From Laetmonice hystrix (Eukaryota), in contig OZ249441.1 in NCBI GenBank assembly GCA_965235115.1, positions 27,714,001-27,778,000 of the forward strand: a DNA stretch of 64,000 bases, read 5' to 3'. The notes below the pieces were generated by a model that made no database searches, was not told where the DNA came from, and saw only the letters and a list, made by a program, of their open reading frames with translations. Below, piece after piece: positions 1 to 12,547 of the stretch. Made by a program: the position numbers and the translations under genes. Position 1 is the first letter of the stretch; each line of letters opens with the position of its first letter.

Positions 1-794
1 GTGGTTTCTGAGATCAAACCGTAGCGTCACAGGTGACCCATGTGGTACGTGTATGCTGGCAGTCAGTGGTATATGAACACCTGTAGAGACACGTAGCAAA
101 AGGATTGTTAGAAACACGTGGAGAAGAACAAGAGAGGTTGTGTTTTGCACACGACTGCAGTTGAGTTAGAGGGTTCGTTTTAAGGTTAACTTTGATACAG
201 CAGTGAAGTATGGTTTCTTTTTTCTTCTTTTTATTCTTTTTTTGCTGACCTTCTGGGACGTGTAGTTATGATGAGTCGAGGAAAGATCTTTGATGGCATA
301 TCCTCCACTACGCCTTTTCTGTCATTTGACATGACATAAAAGCTATGATATCTTTTTGCGGCCGCAGGCCGTTACCTGAACTGCATCTGATGGAAGGGGA
401 GGGGGGTTGGAGAGCACTTTTATGTTGAAGAGAACAGATTTTACTGCGTGGGATTTTGTAGTGTCTCCAAGCAACCAGTGCTGTGATCCGTTGTAGCGCG
501 GACCCGACAGGGAAGAGAGAGAAAGCCTCATTATCTGGTCCCATCTTAACCCGCTTCCACTTAATTGAATGTTGTTCCAATTAGAGCTGATGTCCAGGAT
601 GGAGCCAATTAGTCTGCTAAACACGCGCCTTCCCGCGTTCGGTCCTACCGCAGACTTCATGGAATAGCGGGGAGTTTTAAGCTCGCCTCACTAAAATGTA
701 TCCTTGGAAAATCTCCGATTACAAGATGGTACCCATAAGATCTTTTTCTCGGTAATTCTTGGCCGAGTACCCTTGGTGACGTGGTCTTGGGCGT

Positions 795-1046
795 AACACC
801 CAGCCTCCAGGTGACACCCAGCCTCCAGATACTGCGTCCAGGTACTTGAACACCCAGCCTCCAGGTGACACCCAGCCTCCAGATACTTGAACACCTAGCG
901 TCCAGGTACTTGAACACCCAGCCTCCAGCTATACTTGAACACCCAGCCTCCAGGTACTTGAACACCCAGCCTCCAGGTGACACCCAGCCTCCAGATACTT
1001 GAACACCTAGCGTCCAGGTACTTGAACACCCAGCCTCCAGGTACTT
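795..1046. repeat. Minisatellite A, mixed 18- and 23-bp units (core ACACCCAGCCTCCAG)
   Basis: About 11 tandem units such as acacccagcctccaggtg, acacccagcctccagatacttga and acacctagcgtccaggtacttga. Confidence 0.95.
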
Positions 1047-1047
1047 G

Positions 1048-1360
1048 ACGACCTCAGAAGAGTCAGTGTTGAGAGGTCTAACCAGTGATCCGACCGATGG
1101 AGAGGCAGTGTTGAGAGGTCCAACCAGTGATCCGACCGATGGAGAGGCAGTGTTGAGAGGTCTAACCAGTGATCCGACCTCAGAAGAGTCAGTGTTGAGA
1201 GGTCTAACCAGTGATCCGACCGATGGAGAGGCAGTGTTGAGAGGTCCAACCAGTGATCCGACCGATGGAGCGGCAGTTTTAAGAGGTCTAACCAGTGATC
1301 CGACCGATGGAGAGTCAGTGTTGAGAGGTCGGTCCAGTGATCCGACCTCAGGAGAGTCAA
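1048..1360. repeat. Minisatellite B, 42-bp unit, about 7.5 copies
   Basis: Unit gaccgatggagaggcagtgttgagaggtctaaccagtgatcc, with variant gacctcagaagagtcag...; directly abuts array A. Confidence 0.95.
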
Positions 1361-4300
1361 GGTTTTTTTAGGAGGTCCGCAAACAATGGAACCTGCATGG
1401 ACAAATGCCAGGACGACATCAAACTGACAGTGGTGATCTCCATTGTAAAACAGGCATCAGTGAATGCATGCAGGTTACCTGACAAATAAAAAACTGCAAA
1501 AGAGATGACGGAAAACTTTTAGAAAATAAACGGGGGGAGGGGTATTGGACGATCTGCCAGTGGGCCGGAGAGAACTGGAATCATCCATGTATGTGTTACC
1601 GATCGTCAGAACAACATTAACATTGTGGGTCGATCTTGTCTTGCCGGAGGCACGCTATCCGGATCCAGGCTGCCAAGATGGAAGGGGGGGGGGGGGGGGG
1701 GGTAAACCCCCAGGCAGAGCGCGTCGTCACATAGTAACCTTTTTTACCGTACACTTCCTCAGATTTAACTCATTTGGGCAATCAGCATGGCATTGCTGCC
1801 AATCACCTGCCATTCCCGACATGAGATGCGCTCACGAACGGGGGGCAATTTTCCCATCAGCCACGTTTTTTGCACGGTATGGAGGTCAACTCTTAATAAG
1901 CTGCAAATTCATGAAACAATGGAATAATCAGATCAATTATAATGACAGAGGAGGTTGAGAAAAATCTTTAGGTAGGACCGCTTCTTTTATATCAGTCGTT
2001 ATCTGAAGAAGATGGGCCCGTTCTGGGACATATTAAAAAGCGTGTAGAAGGCATCCTGTAGGGGGAAACCTCGCGCCGTGGAGGGAGGATCGAGTTATCC
2101 TGCTATAAGATACGTTCAGAACTATCCTCTCCCGGTTTTGTCCCGTTCTGTGAATCAGACAAACGGGCTTTGTGTGGTCATTGTGACAGCGGGCGGGCTC
2201 CCGGTACCCAATCTGGGCAATCTCTCACGAGTCGTCGTAAGTGGACGGTATGTATAGGCAGGCAATTGTTGCTGCGTCCGAGAGTCTAAAAACATTTCCT
2301 GAAGGAGCAGGAGTAGGAGCAGGCGCGGCCGGATGCCCGGGCCGGGGAGCCTCAGGGTTAGTACCATCAGGACGCGTCTCAATATTCACTTTAGAAATAC
2401 GTCCTGATGGTTTATAGTGACGGACGTAAGGACGGCGCGACGGACGGACGGACGGGCGGCGCCTGGTGACGAAGTGAGGTGCTGATTACCGCCAGAGGGC
2501 GGGCCAGTGGGAACACGACGTCATGGTTTTGTTCAGAAGCATCGAAAACTGCTTGGCATTACCCCGTATACTGCCCCAGTCCCACTTAATGTGAAATTTA
2601 CTCTTCATGGTAATATATGTGTGGGGGTCGATCCTCATCTTATACTTGTTGCATGCACTTTATGTCAATAAAAATACCGGCCTGTCTTTGTGAGGGCGTG
2701 CAATACTCTGCAATTTGAGAGCCGGACATTCGAGAAACATGCATACCAGGATGTTGGATATTGAATTCGTATCACTTATTTTTCATCATGGCACACCTAC
2801 TTTCTGTAAACATTATAATAAAAACTGGGTTGTTCCTAACTGCCATTCTTGATTTGACATCATGTTGCTGGTGCATCCCCGCTGTCCAGGGTGAAAAGAT
2901 TCATGAAAGACGTGTTCCTTTATGGACAAGTGCTATAGAAAGTAGGAATATGTGAACCCGCCCATGCGGGACGCTCTGCGGGACGTTACTATGGTGACGT
3001 GTAAGGATGAGGCGTTGTGCTTTTACAGCGCACAACAGGTGTGTAGACATGTGTCTGTCACCTCATGAATCAACCCTTTGGTCACTACATTATTCTCAGG
3101 TAATTTAGTAGAAGCTGTCGGCATCAATAAAAGTCGGTGCCCTTCTTTTTCTTTGGCCCCAGTGTCAAACTTTGGAATGTGTTTGCGCCATGCAAAGCCC
3201 TAGTGATGGATACAAACTAATTATATTCAGCTCTTATTCCTGATTGATGGGTAAATAAGATTAAATTGCCTCTGGGGAAAAAAACGGGGAGCTAAAAGAA
3301 GTTGTTTGGTGACAAAACTACTTAGTTGGGCAAACATTGAAAGTTTTTGGCCTGGTTTGTTGTCACTTAATAAAGTGGACTGACATTGTAGACTACCCTG
3401 GTGCATGTTTCACGGAAGAAAACAGTTATATATCATGACAGATCATGAAAAGAGAACACCTTTTTTTCCCCTTGGGCCCCCATCCCCCAGTGTAATTAGG
3501 ACACGCACAGAAAGAGGCCAGCTGACATACAAACATGTGAAATGCTAACGCACATTTCCCATCGAGAATGACAATACCCCATCAAGATTTACTGGAGTAG
3601 GGTTGTGCGCAACAGGAGATGAATGGGTGGTAGTTAAAAACATGGAGAACCAACCCTGCTTTCTCTCAAATAAGGGCGGTAACTTTAAATCTGTTAAATC
3701 TTCGACTGAAAGTACACATTGTAATGCGATCAAGATATTGCGAGATCTATTTAAGTCTGTTTCGACTAATTCATTCTGCCTGCCAGAAAACAGGTTATCC
3801 ACTGTCTTTATATCAGTATTTCCAGACCAGATTTCTTGCTCCATTTCCCACTGAAACATTTATTCTTTATTTATTATTTATATATTTTTTATTTATTTTC
3901 TCCTAAGCCGATTGCAACTGAGAAACCGTGTTGGTGTATCTATTGTAGGCAGTACTGGTGACGACCGGAGCTCCTTTGGTAGGTATTTTCTTGTACCGTC
4001 CCTCTAATTCATCCCAGATTTACTACTCCTAAAACCTCCTTACACCGGCTTCAATGTTACCATACAACAGCCACGGCACGGCTGGTGGTTTCAAGTCATG
4101 TTCGCCTTGCTTGGTCACTCAATGTCACTTTGCCTGCTAGTGGACGGTGCTCACTCCAAGGTGGTGGGCGTATCATTAAAACATCCCTGGTTGAGATGGG
4201 GATCTTGTGGACAAGGAATTAGTGCATGGCGATGTTAATAGCTCAAGGTTGATCAATTCCAAAAGTCGTCATTGGGATTTGCATTGAGTGGGCATGAGTC

Positions 4301-6849
4301 GGGTCAGGATGGCCTACATGGCGTACACGACCTCGGTATAATGGTTAAAGGTATTAATATTAACAGGTGGCATGGGAAACGTAGAAATAGATTCTCACTG
4401 GAACAAACAAACAAAAAAACAGAAAGAACGCTGGGACAATAACAGCAGATCCTCACTATAGGGCGTCTCTACTACAACCACACTCAAAACATCACCAATA
4501 GAAATAACCACCAATTAAACCCTAATGTCGCTTTTAGATCTATTAAAGCAGGTGCTCTCACTAATTGGAAAGAATTCACGAATGGTTGCAGCTTTGGAAT
4601 CTAGCTTGTGCATCTTTTTTGTCCCCCACTTGCACAGTGCCGTCTAGTGTCCTATTAGAAACTGTAATTACAATCTGTATAGCCTGGAGCGGCAGGGGTC
4701 GGCTAAAACTTGAAGGCATGTTTGTTATGTGTATGTACATTTCTCTTTACACCACAGACAGCAGACATATGAAAAAAAAAGATTCAGTGATTGCTTCCAG
4801 GTAATCTGTGACACTCATTCTGAAGGCGAGCCGTGAGTGTCAACACGTTACTAAACACGGGTACAAACGATGACGTTGGAAGATGGGGTTTATAACAACC
4901 AGATATTTTATATGGAACGGATGTGTCGGGCGTTTCCGGTTCATCACTGGAACCTGCCTCCAAACGACGACTGCATGCACACTGTACATGTACTGTACTG
5001 TAATGTAATGTACTGTACATTTTTGAAAGTTTATCTTTCAGTTTTCCTCACGGGAATTTAGGATTATCAGTCGTATTTTGGTGTTATTTTACAAAAGTAT
5101 TTAATATAACTGATATATTGGGCAATATTTTCCCCACCTACTTTTCTTAATGTTGACGACTATTTCATGGCAAGGTATAGAAACAATTGGTAGCTCGTCT
5201 GGACTGCTGCCATGTAGAGTCACTCTGAACGCCCGCCCTTTCTCCCAGAGGACAAGCTCAGGGCAAAGTGACGCGTCCATTTCCACATCTGAAGGCATTA
5301 TCTGGGTACCTGTACGGGATTCCTTGATTCATTAAACGATATTTGACATATTTCTGTGACTTCTGGAGGGACCGCTACTATAATACCCTACAACTTCTTA
5401 AATACAACCGCGACATATTATCCTTGCACTTGTCGACCTAAAAACAGTCTTAGGTTTCTTGTGATATGTCCTAATGCACGAGCCGTAGGTATCATATAAA
5501 ATCATTTTCACTCGGGTCCATGTACCCGTCAGATGGAAACCTATCTGGTATAATTGCCATGTCCGTTACCATGGCAATGAAAGGCGTTCTGGATAAACAT
5601 GTGTGGTGGAAAGGTCATTCAGTGGAGAGGTTATATACCTGATGGGTATACAAAGCAGCCCGAAAAACTACAAGCTGCCGATCAAACGAGGAGCGTGTCT
5701 TTGCAATGTCCTTCAGATGTCGACATCAGTCTTTCATTTTATTGGGATTTTGATTTTAAAGAATCGGAGACGGACAGCCAGTAGACGGATGTCCAGAGTG
5801 AAATATACCTTTGAATTAAGATCGCATGGGCGACAGTCGCCTTGTTGACCTTTGCCCTTCGTAACACCAACTAAATGGAGCAAAATCTGGTACCATATTA
5901 ACCAAAACAATCCAAATACGTAAAAACCTTGTTTCAACATGCAAACAGTATCACGTAGAATTGGCGGTGGCAAATTTTATCCACGATGTAGGCAACATTC
6001 ATGGAAAGCCTTGACTGGGTAAAGTATTTCTAGTGTTCCGCTTTTGCTGTGCCTATTGAAACAAAATCAGAGGAATATCTAGAGTACGTGAGTGCTGGAA
6101 GAGAAGTTGCCGGTGAAAGTTGATGCTAACCCCACAGTCCCGTTCCCAAACCCCCACCCCTCCTCCAAAAAAAGTCGATCCCGTTCACTAGCCCTGCCCC
6201 TAACCCTAACCCATACTCTTCAATTTTGTCACACATTGTATCAAATGTTATACATTTGACACGTATTACCTGTAATGGACATCCTATAGCTACCAACGAG
6301 CTCATGAGCTGAAAACAAATCCAACAAAACATCCTACCATTCCCTACCATTCTTCACTCCCCCTGTCTACCCAGGGGATCGTTCCTTGGTCCCTTAATCG
6401 GTGACAGGTGAGATGACCACCCGAGAGGTCACCGGTAGAGGTCGCTGGTGGCGGGTGGGGGGTCAGAGTCAATATTTGATCAGGTTGAGGTTGACGAACG
6501 CCACCCGGTGTGATCTCCCTGGTGGAGATCGCCTTCCCACTGTTGCAGACACAGGACTCCGACCAGGGGGGGCAGACTTGGAGGGTCGTTGTTAAGCAGC
6601 AGCTTTTAATGGCAGAGCTTTGAAAAATACCAAATTGTTTCTGTGTCTTGATTAAAGCAGGGCTGGAAATTGACATCACGGTGTCAATCCGTGATGGCCG
6701 AGCGCCTTTAGCTGTACATGAGGTTCCGAAAACTGATAAACCATGGCACTACTTGATTGATTCCTGACAAACCAGGGTGTACATGTACTTATATTCTTCC
6801 TGTAAATAGTTTTAATTTTCATTGCCATTCATACGGCCTTTAAGCTGAA

Positions 6850-9497
6850 CAAACAGTCAATATCTGTACACAGAGTCCCTGAACAGCCGTGGTAGGGTAA
6901 ACAGCCGTACCTAGTGATCAAACAGTCAATATCTGTACACAGAGTCCCTGAACAGCCGTGGTAGGGTAAACAGCCAAACCTAGTGATCAAACAGTCAATA
7001 TCTGTACACATAGTCCATGAACAGCCGTGGTAGGGTAAACAGCCGTACCTAGTGATCAAACAGTCAATATCTGTACACAGAGTCCCTGAACAGCCGTGGT
7101 AGGGTAAACAGCCAAACCTAGTGATCAAACAGTCAATATCTGTACACATAGTCCATGAACAGCCGTGGTAGGGTAAACAGCCAAACCTAGTGATCAAACA
7201 GTCAATATATGTTTGGTAAACCTGGTGATCAAACAGTCGATATCTATACACAGAGTCCCTGAACAGCCGTACCTAGTGATCAAACAGTCAATATCTGTAC
7301 ACAGAGTCCCTGAACAGCCGTGGTAGGGTAAACAGCCAAACCTGGTGATCAAACAGTCAATATCTGTACACAGAGTTCCTGAACAGCCGTGGTAGGGTAA
7401 ACAGCCAAACCTGGTGATCAAACAGTCAATATCTGTACGCAGAGTCCCTGAACAGCCGTACCTAGTGATGAAACAGTCAGTATCTGTACACAGAGTCCAT
7501 GAACAGCCGTGGTAGGGTAAACAGCCAAACCTGGTGATCAAACAGTCAATATCTGTACACAGAGTCCCTGAACAGCCGTGGTAGGGTAAACAGCCAAACC
7601 TGGTGATCAAACAGTCAATATCTGTACACAGAGTCCCTGAACAGCCGTGGTAGGGTAAACAACTAAACCTGGTGATCAAACAGTCAATATCTGTACACAG
7701 AGTCCCTGAACAGCCGTACCTAGTGATCAAACAGTCAATATCTGTACACAGAGTCCCTGAACAGCCATGGTAGGGTAAACAGCCAAACCTGGTGATCAAA
7801 CAGTCAATATCTGTACGCAGAGTCCCTGAACAGCCGTACCTAGTGATGAAACAGTCAGTATCTGTACACACAGTCCCTGAACAGCCGTGGTAGGGTAAAC
7901 AACCAAACCTAGTGATCGAACAGTCAATATCTGTACACAGATTCCCTGAACAGCCGTGGTAGGGTAAACAGCCAAACCTATAGTGATCAAACAGTCAATA
8001 TCTGTACACAGAGTCCCTGAACAGCCGTGGTAGGGTAAACAGCCGTACCTAGTGATCAAACAGTCAATATCTGTACACAGAGTCCATGAACAGCCGTGGT
8101 AGGGTAAACAGTCGTACCTAGTGATCAAACAGTCAATATCTGTACACAGAGTCCCTGAACAGCCGTGGTAGGGTAAACAGCCAAACTTGGTGATCAAACA
8201 GTCAATATCTGTACACAGAGTCCCTGAACAGCCGTGGTAGGGTAAACAGCCAAACCTGGTGATCAAACAGTCAATATCTGTACACAGAGTCCCTGAACAG
8301 CCGTGGTAGGGTAAACAACCAAACCTAGTGATCAAACAGTCAAAATCTGTACACAGAGTCCATGAACAGCCGTGGTAGGGTAAACAACCAAACCTGGTGA
8401 TCAAACAGTCAATATCTGTACACAGAGTCCCTGAACAGCCGTGGTAGGGTAAACAGCCAAACCTGGTGATCAAACAGTCAATATCTGTACACAGAGTCCC
8501 TGAACAGCCGTGGTAGGGTAAACAGCCAAACCTGGTGATCAAACAGTCAATATCTGTACACAGAGTCCCTGAACAGCCGTACCTAGTGATCAAACAGTAA
8601 ATATCTGTACACAGAGTCCATGAACAGCCGTGGTAGGGTAAACAGCCAAACCTGGTGATCAAACAGTCAATATCTGTACACAGAGTCCCTGAACAGCCGT
8701 GGTAGGGTAAACAGTCAAACCTGGTGATCAAACAGTAAATATCTGTACACAGAGTCCATGAACAGCCGTGGTAGGGTAAACAGCCAAACCTAGTGATCAA
8801 ACAGTCAATATCTGTACACAGAGTCCATGAACAGCCGTACCTGGTGATCAAACAGTCAATATCTGTACACAGAGTCCCTGAACAGCCGTGGTAGGGTAAA
8901 CAGCCAAACTTGGTGATCAAACAGTCAATATCTGTACACAGAGTCCCTGAACAGCCGTACCTAGTGATCAAACAGTAAATATCTGTACACAGAGTCCCTG
9001 AACAGCCGTACCTAGTGATAAAACAGTCAGTATCTGTACACACAGTCCCTGAACAGCCGTGGTAGGGTAAACAGCCAAACCTAGTGATCAAACAGTCAGT
9101 ATCTGTACACAGAGTCCCTGAACAGCCGTGGTAGGGTAAACAGCCAAACCTAGTGATCAAACAGTCAATATCTGTACACAGAGTCCCTGAACAGCCGTGG
9201 TAGGGTAAACAGCCAAACTTGGTGATCAAACAGTCAATATCTGTACACAGAGTCCCTGAACAGCCGTGGTAGGGTAAACAGCCAAACCTGGTGATCAAAC
9301 AGTCAATATCTGTACACAGAGTCCCTGAACAGCCGTACCTGGTGATCAAACAGTCAATATCTGTACACAGAGTCCCTGAACAGCCGTACCTGGTGATCAA
9401 ACAGTCAATATCTGTACACAGAGTCCCTGAACAGCCGTGGTAGGGTAAACAGCCAAACCTGGTGATCAAACAGTCAATATCTGTACACAGAGTCCCC
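6850..9497. repeat. Minisatellite C, interspersed 69-bp and 51-bp units, about 2.65 kb
   Basis: Long unit tgatcaaacagtcaatatctgtacacagagtccctgaacagccgtggtagggtaaacagccaaacctgg; the short unit lacks 18 bp and ends ...aacagccgtacctag. Confidence 0.97.
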
Positions 9498-11565
9498 TAA
9501 GTGGCCAGTAATAGACACGTCTCTGACATCGATATTTTCGATGTTATCTGGGTTTTGAAAGTGCCCCGGTTATCAGAGCGTCGCCTTGCCTTCCCCTCCC
9601 GGCGCCCCGCCTCCGCCCGCCGGGACCCTAACTAGCTGACTATGGCTTCGTTGGTATTCTACGGTTTCAGCGGGTCCTTTGATCTGAGACAGGCGGCAGA
9701 GATAGAACAGTCCTGGGGCTAACACTGAAGGTCACAATGGAAACTAATTAAAGTCTGACGCCGTGAACCTTGACCTGAAGACCTGTGCGGAGATGAGAGG
9801 GGGATCAAAAAGGGGGTGGGTGGGGGTGGGGGTAAACGTGGGACTGATCCCGTCGGCAGCGACCTGGCCTGATTTAATTCGCTGCAAAGGCTCCTCGCTC
9901 CACTAGAAAGGTCAATTGATTGCGATGTGGTCTGCCTTGAAACAGGTTCTAAAGGCCGTACAGTGGACAGGGATCGCTTTGCTGAAAACCAACCTAAAGG
10001 TAATCGGTATTTAGTTACAGGTGAGAAAACCACATGAAAAGGGTCTTCGTTGATTCGAAGATATCAGATGAAAGTCGTTGAATGACTGAAGCTGTGTAAT
10101 AACCATATGTCATGCTCGGAACTCGTCACGTGAAAGGAGATTAAATAGTGGGATATTTACGGTACCGTCTGTTTCACAAGTTAGGAAGAGGGCCTCTTTG
10201 AAGTAGTATATGGAAAATGGCGTGAGAGGCAGCCTTTCTCAGACGCTATGATATTTTTCTAGTCTATACTCTGATCGATAAACCTGACACTTGTATTGCA
10301 GCTCAATTACTCACCTGTTATTGTAGCATTGGAGTATTCAGAACGTCATCTGGCAGTTTGCACCTTACGTTTTACGTGATAAAATAGAGTGAAAGTTGGC
10401 CATAATGGTAAGGTTTTAGTGTCCGTATAGACGCTAAACTGGACCCGGGTGGCCATCTATGTGGTGTTGCCGAAGGTTCTATGTCGGACAAAGTCCTTGA
10501 TCGGCCATTATCCGATTACCACTGCAAAGTGGGGTCGATACTTTGGCCTATCAGGTCTGTCACTTTGGTCGCCCCCCACCCCACCCCACCCCGCCCCGCC
10601 CTTCCGTTATATGTGGAGATTTGTGAGGGTTTGAGGGTAAAAAGTGGTGCGTGGACCTGATAGCCAGCAGTCCAGTCCTGGCTTCCATTTCTTGACCTAG
10701 AGCCTGTAATGAGAAACGCTCCGCAGACTTATGATCACCGTACGGTACAATTAAAGGGATGAGAACACTGGAACCATCAGATAAACTCTAGTTATAACCA
10801 CCCGTCTTCACACGCGGAATACGGGGAAAACGAAATCATCACAACTTTATTATTCTGCATCAGGTAATATGGAATGACTAATAAAATAGCAGATTGTGAC
10901 TTTGTACCTTTTTGGCTCCACGGGTCTCCGAAGGGACGCCTTCCTGTAAACAATTGCTGATGACTTTTCTTTACCATCAGAAATCACCCTATAGGTGAAG
11001 GAAGCCGGTTATGTAGAGCCCGCTCGCCTTACTTGGCAAAGTAATGCATGCGCTTAGGCATCACTTTCATGATTTTCTCCGAGCTACAGTATAAAACTTC
11101 ATATCTTTCAAACAAAGTGGCGTGGGGAGAACATGGAGATTAGGGTTAAATATAAGTACACGTTGGATTGAGATCAGAGTGTGGTCATGTAAAGGTATAC
11201 GTGCCGGCCGGGATAGGGCGACCATTAGCAAGGGCCAGCAGGTGTATATTGAGTGACAGCCCTATCAGGTTCTTAGGAAACAACACTTTAACTATAATGT
11301 CTTCTGAGCAGGGAGAGCAAGAAGTGATGTTAAAAGAGAACATTGGCTTAATTATAGCAAGGTCATGAAGTGCGGACAGAATAGGGCATGGTGGTCCAAC
11401 TGATAGCTTCGTACCGTTCAATGACATGGTTGGGGGTTGTTGGAAAACGGGTCGGGTTGTAATGGGGGAAATTACAGGTGTGGGCACCTGCTTACAATGG
11501 ACAGATATCGGAGAACATTTTGAGAAGTCAATGGCCGCCGGGATCATCACAATGCTGATTATCTT

Positions 11566-12547
11566 AGGACGGCCATGTGGCAGGTATCTTCACCAGCCGG
11601 ACCCAGTACTGAGGACGGTTGTGTGGCAGATATCTTCACCAGCCGGACCCAGTACTGAGGACGGTTGTGCGGCAGGTATCTTCACCAGCCGGACCCAGTA
11701 CAGAGGACGGTCGTCTGGCAGGTATCTTCACCATCCGGACCCAGTGCTGAGGACGGTTGTGTGGCGGGTATCTTCACCAGCCGGACCCAGTACTGAGGAC
11801 GGCCGTGTGGCAGGTATCTTCACCAGCCGGACCCAGTACTGAGGACGGCCGTGTGGCAGGTATCTTCACCAGCCGGACCCAGTACTGAGGACGGCCGTGT
11901 GGCAGGTATCTTCACCAGCCGGACCCAGTACTGAGGACGGTCGTCTGGCAGGTATCTTCACCAGCCGGACCCAGTACTGAGGACGGCCGTGTGGCAGGTA
12001 TCTTCACCAGCCGGACCCAGTACTGAGGACGGTCGTCTGGCAGGTATCTTCACCAGCCGGACCCAGTACAGAGGACGGTCGTGTGGCAGATTTCTTCTGA
12101 AGCTGGACTCAGTACTAAGGACGGTCGTGTGGCAGATTTCTTCTGAAGCTGGACTCAGTACTGAGGACGGTCGTGTGGCAGATATCTTGTGAAGCTGGAC
12201 TCAGTACTGAGGACGGTCGTGTGGCAGATTTCTTCTGAAGCTGGACTCAGTACTAAGGACGGTCGTGTGGCAGATTTCTTCTGAAGCTAGACTCAGTACT
12301 GAGGACGGTCGTGTGGCAGATATCTTGTGAAGCTTGACTCAGTACTGAGGACGGTCGTATGGCAGATATCTTCTGAAGCTGGACTCAGTACTGAGGACGG
12401 TCGTGTGGCAGATATCTTCTGAAGCTGGACTCAGTACTGAGGACGGTCGTGTGGCTGATATCTTCTGAAGCTGGACTCAGTACTGAGGACGGTCGTGTGG
12501 CAGATATCTTCTGAAGCTGGACTCAGTACTGAGGACGGTCGTGTGGC
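11566..12547. repeat. Minisatellite D, 46-bp unit, about 21 copies, two sequence subtypes
   Basis: gtggcaggtatcttcaccagccggacccagtactgaggacggccgt up to about 12085, then gtggcagat(t/a)tcttctgaagctggactcagtactgaggacggtcgt. Confidence 0.96.

Noticed and set aside
78-92. 12-nt match to the reverse complement of miR-993-3p (acctgtagagac)
   Set aside because: The seed is not conserved and there is no complementary arm nearby.
11185-11550. Minus-strand ORF with IDFSK and LNG as a LINE RT
   Set aside because: Motif spacing is too compressed, and PQG and ADD motifs are absent.
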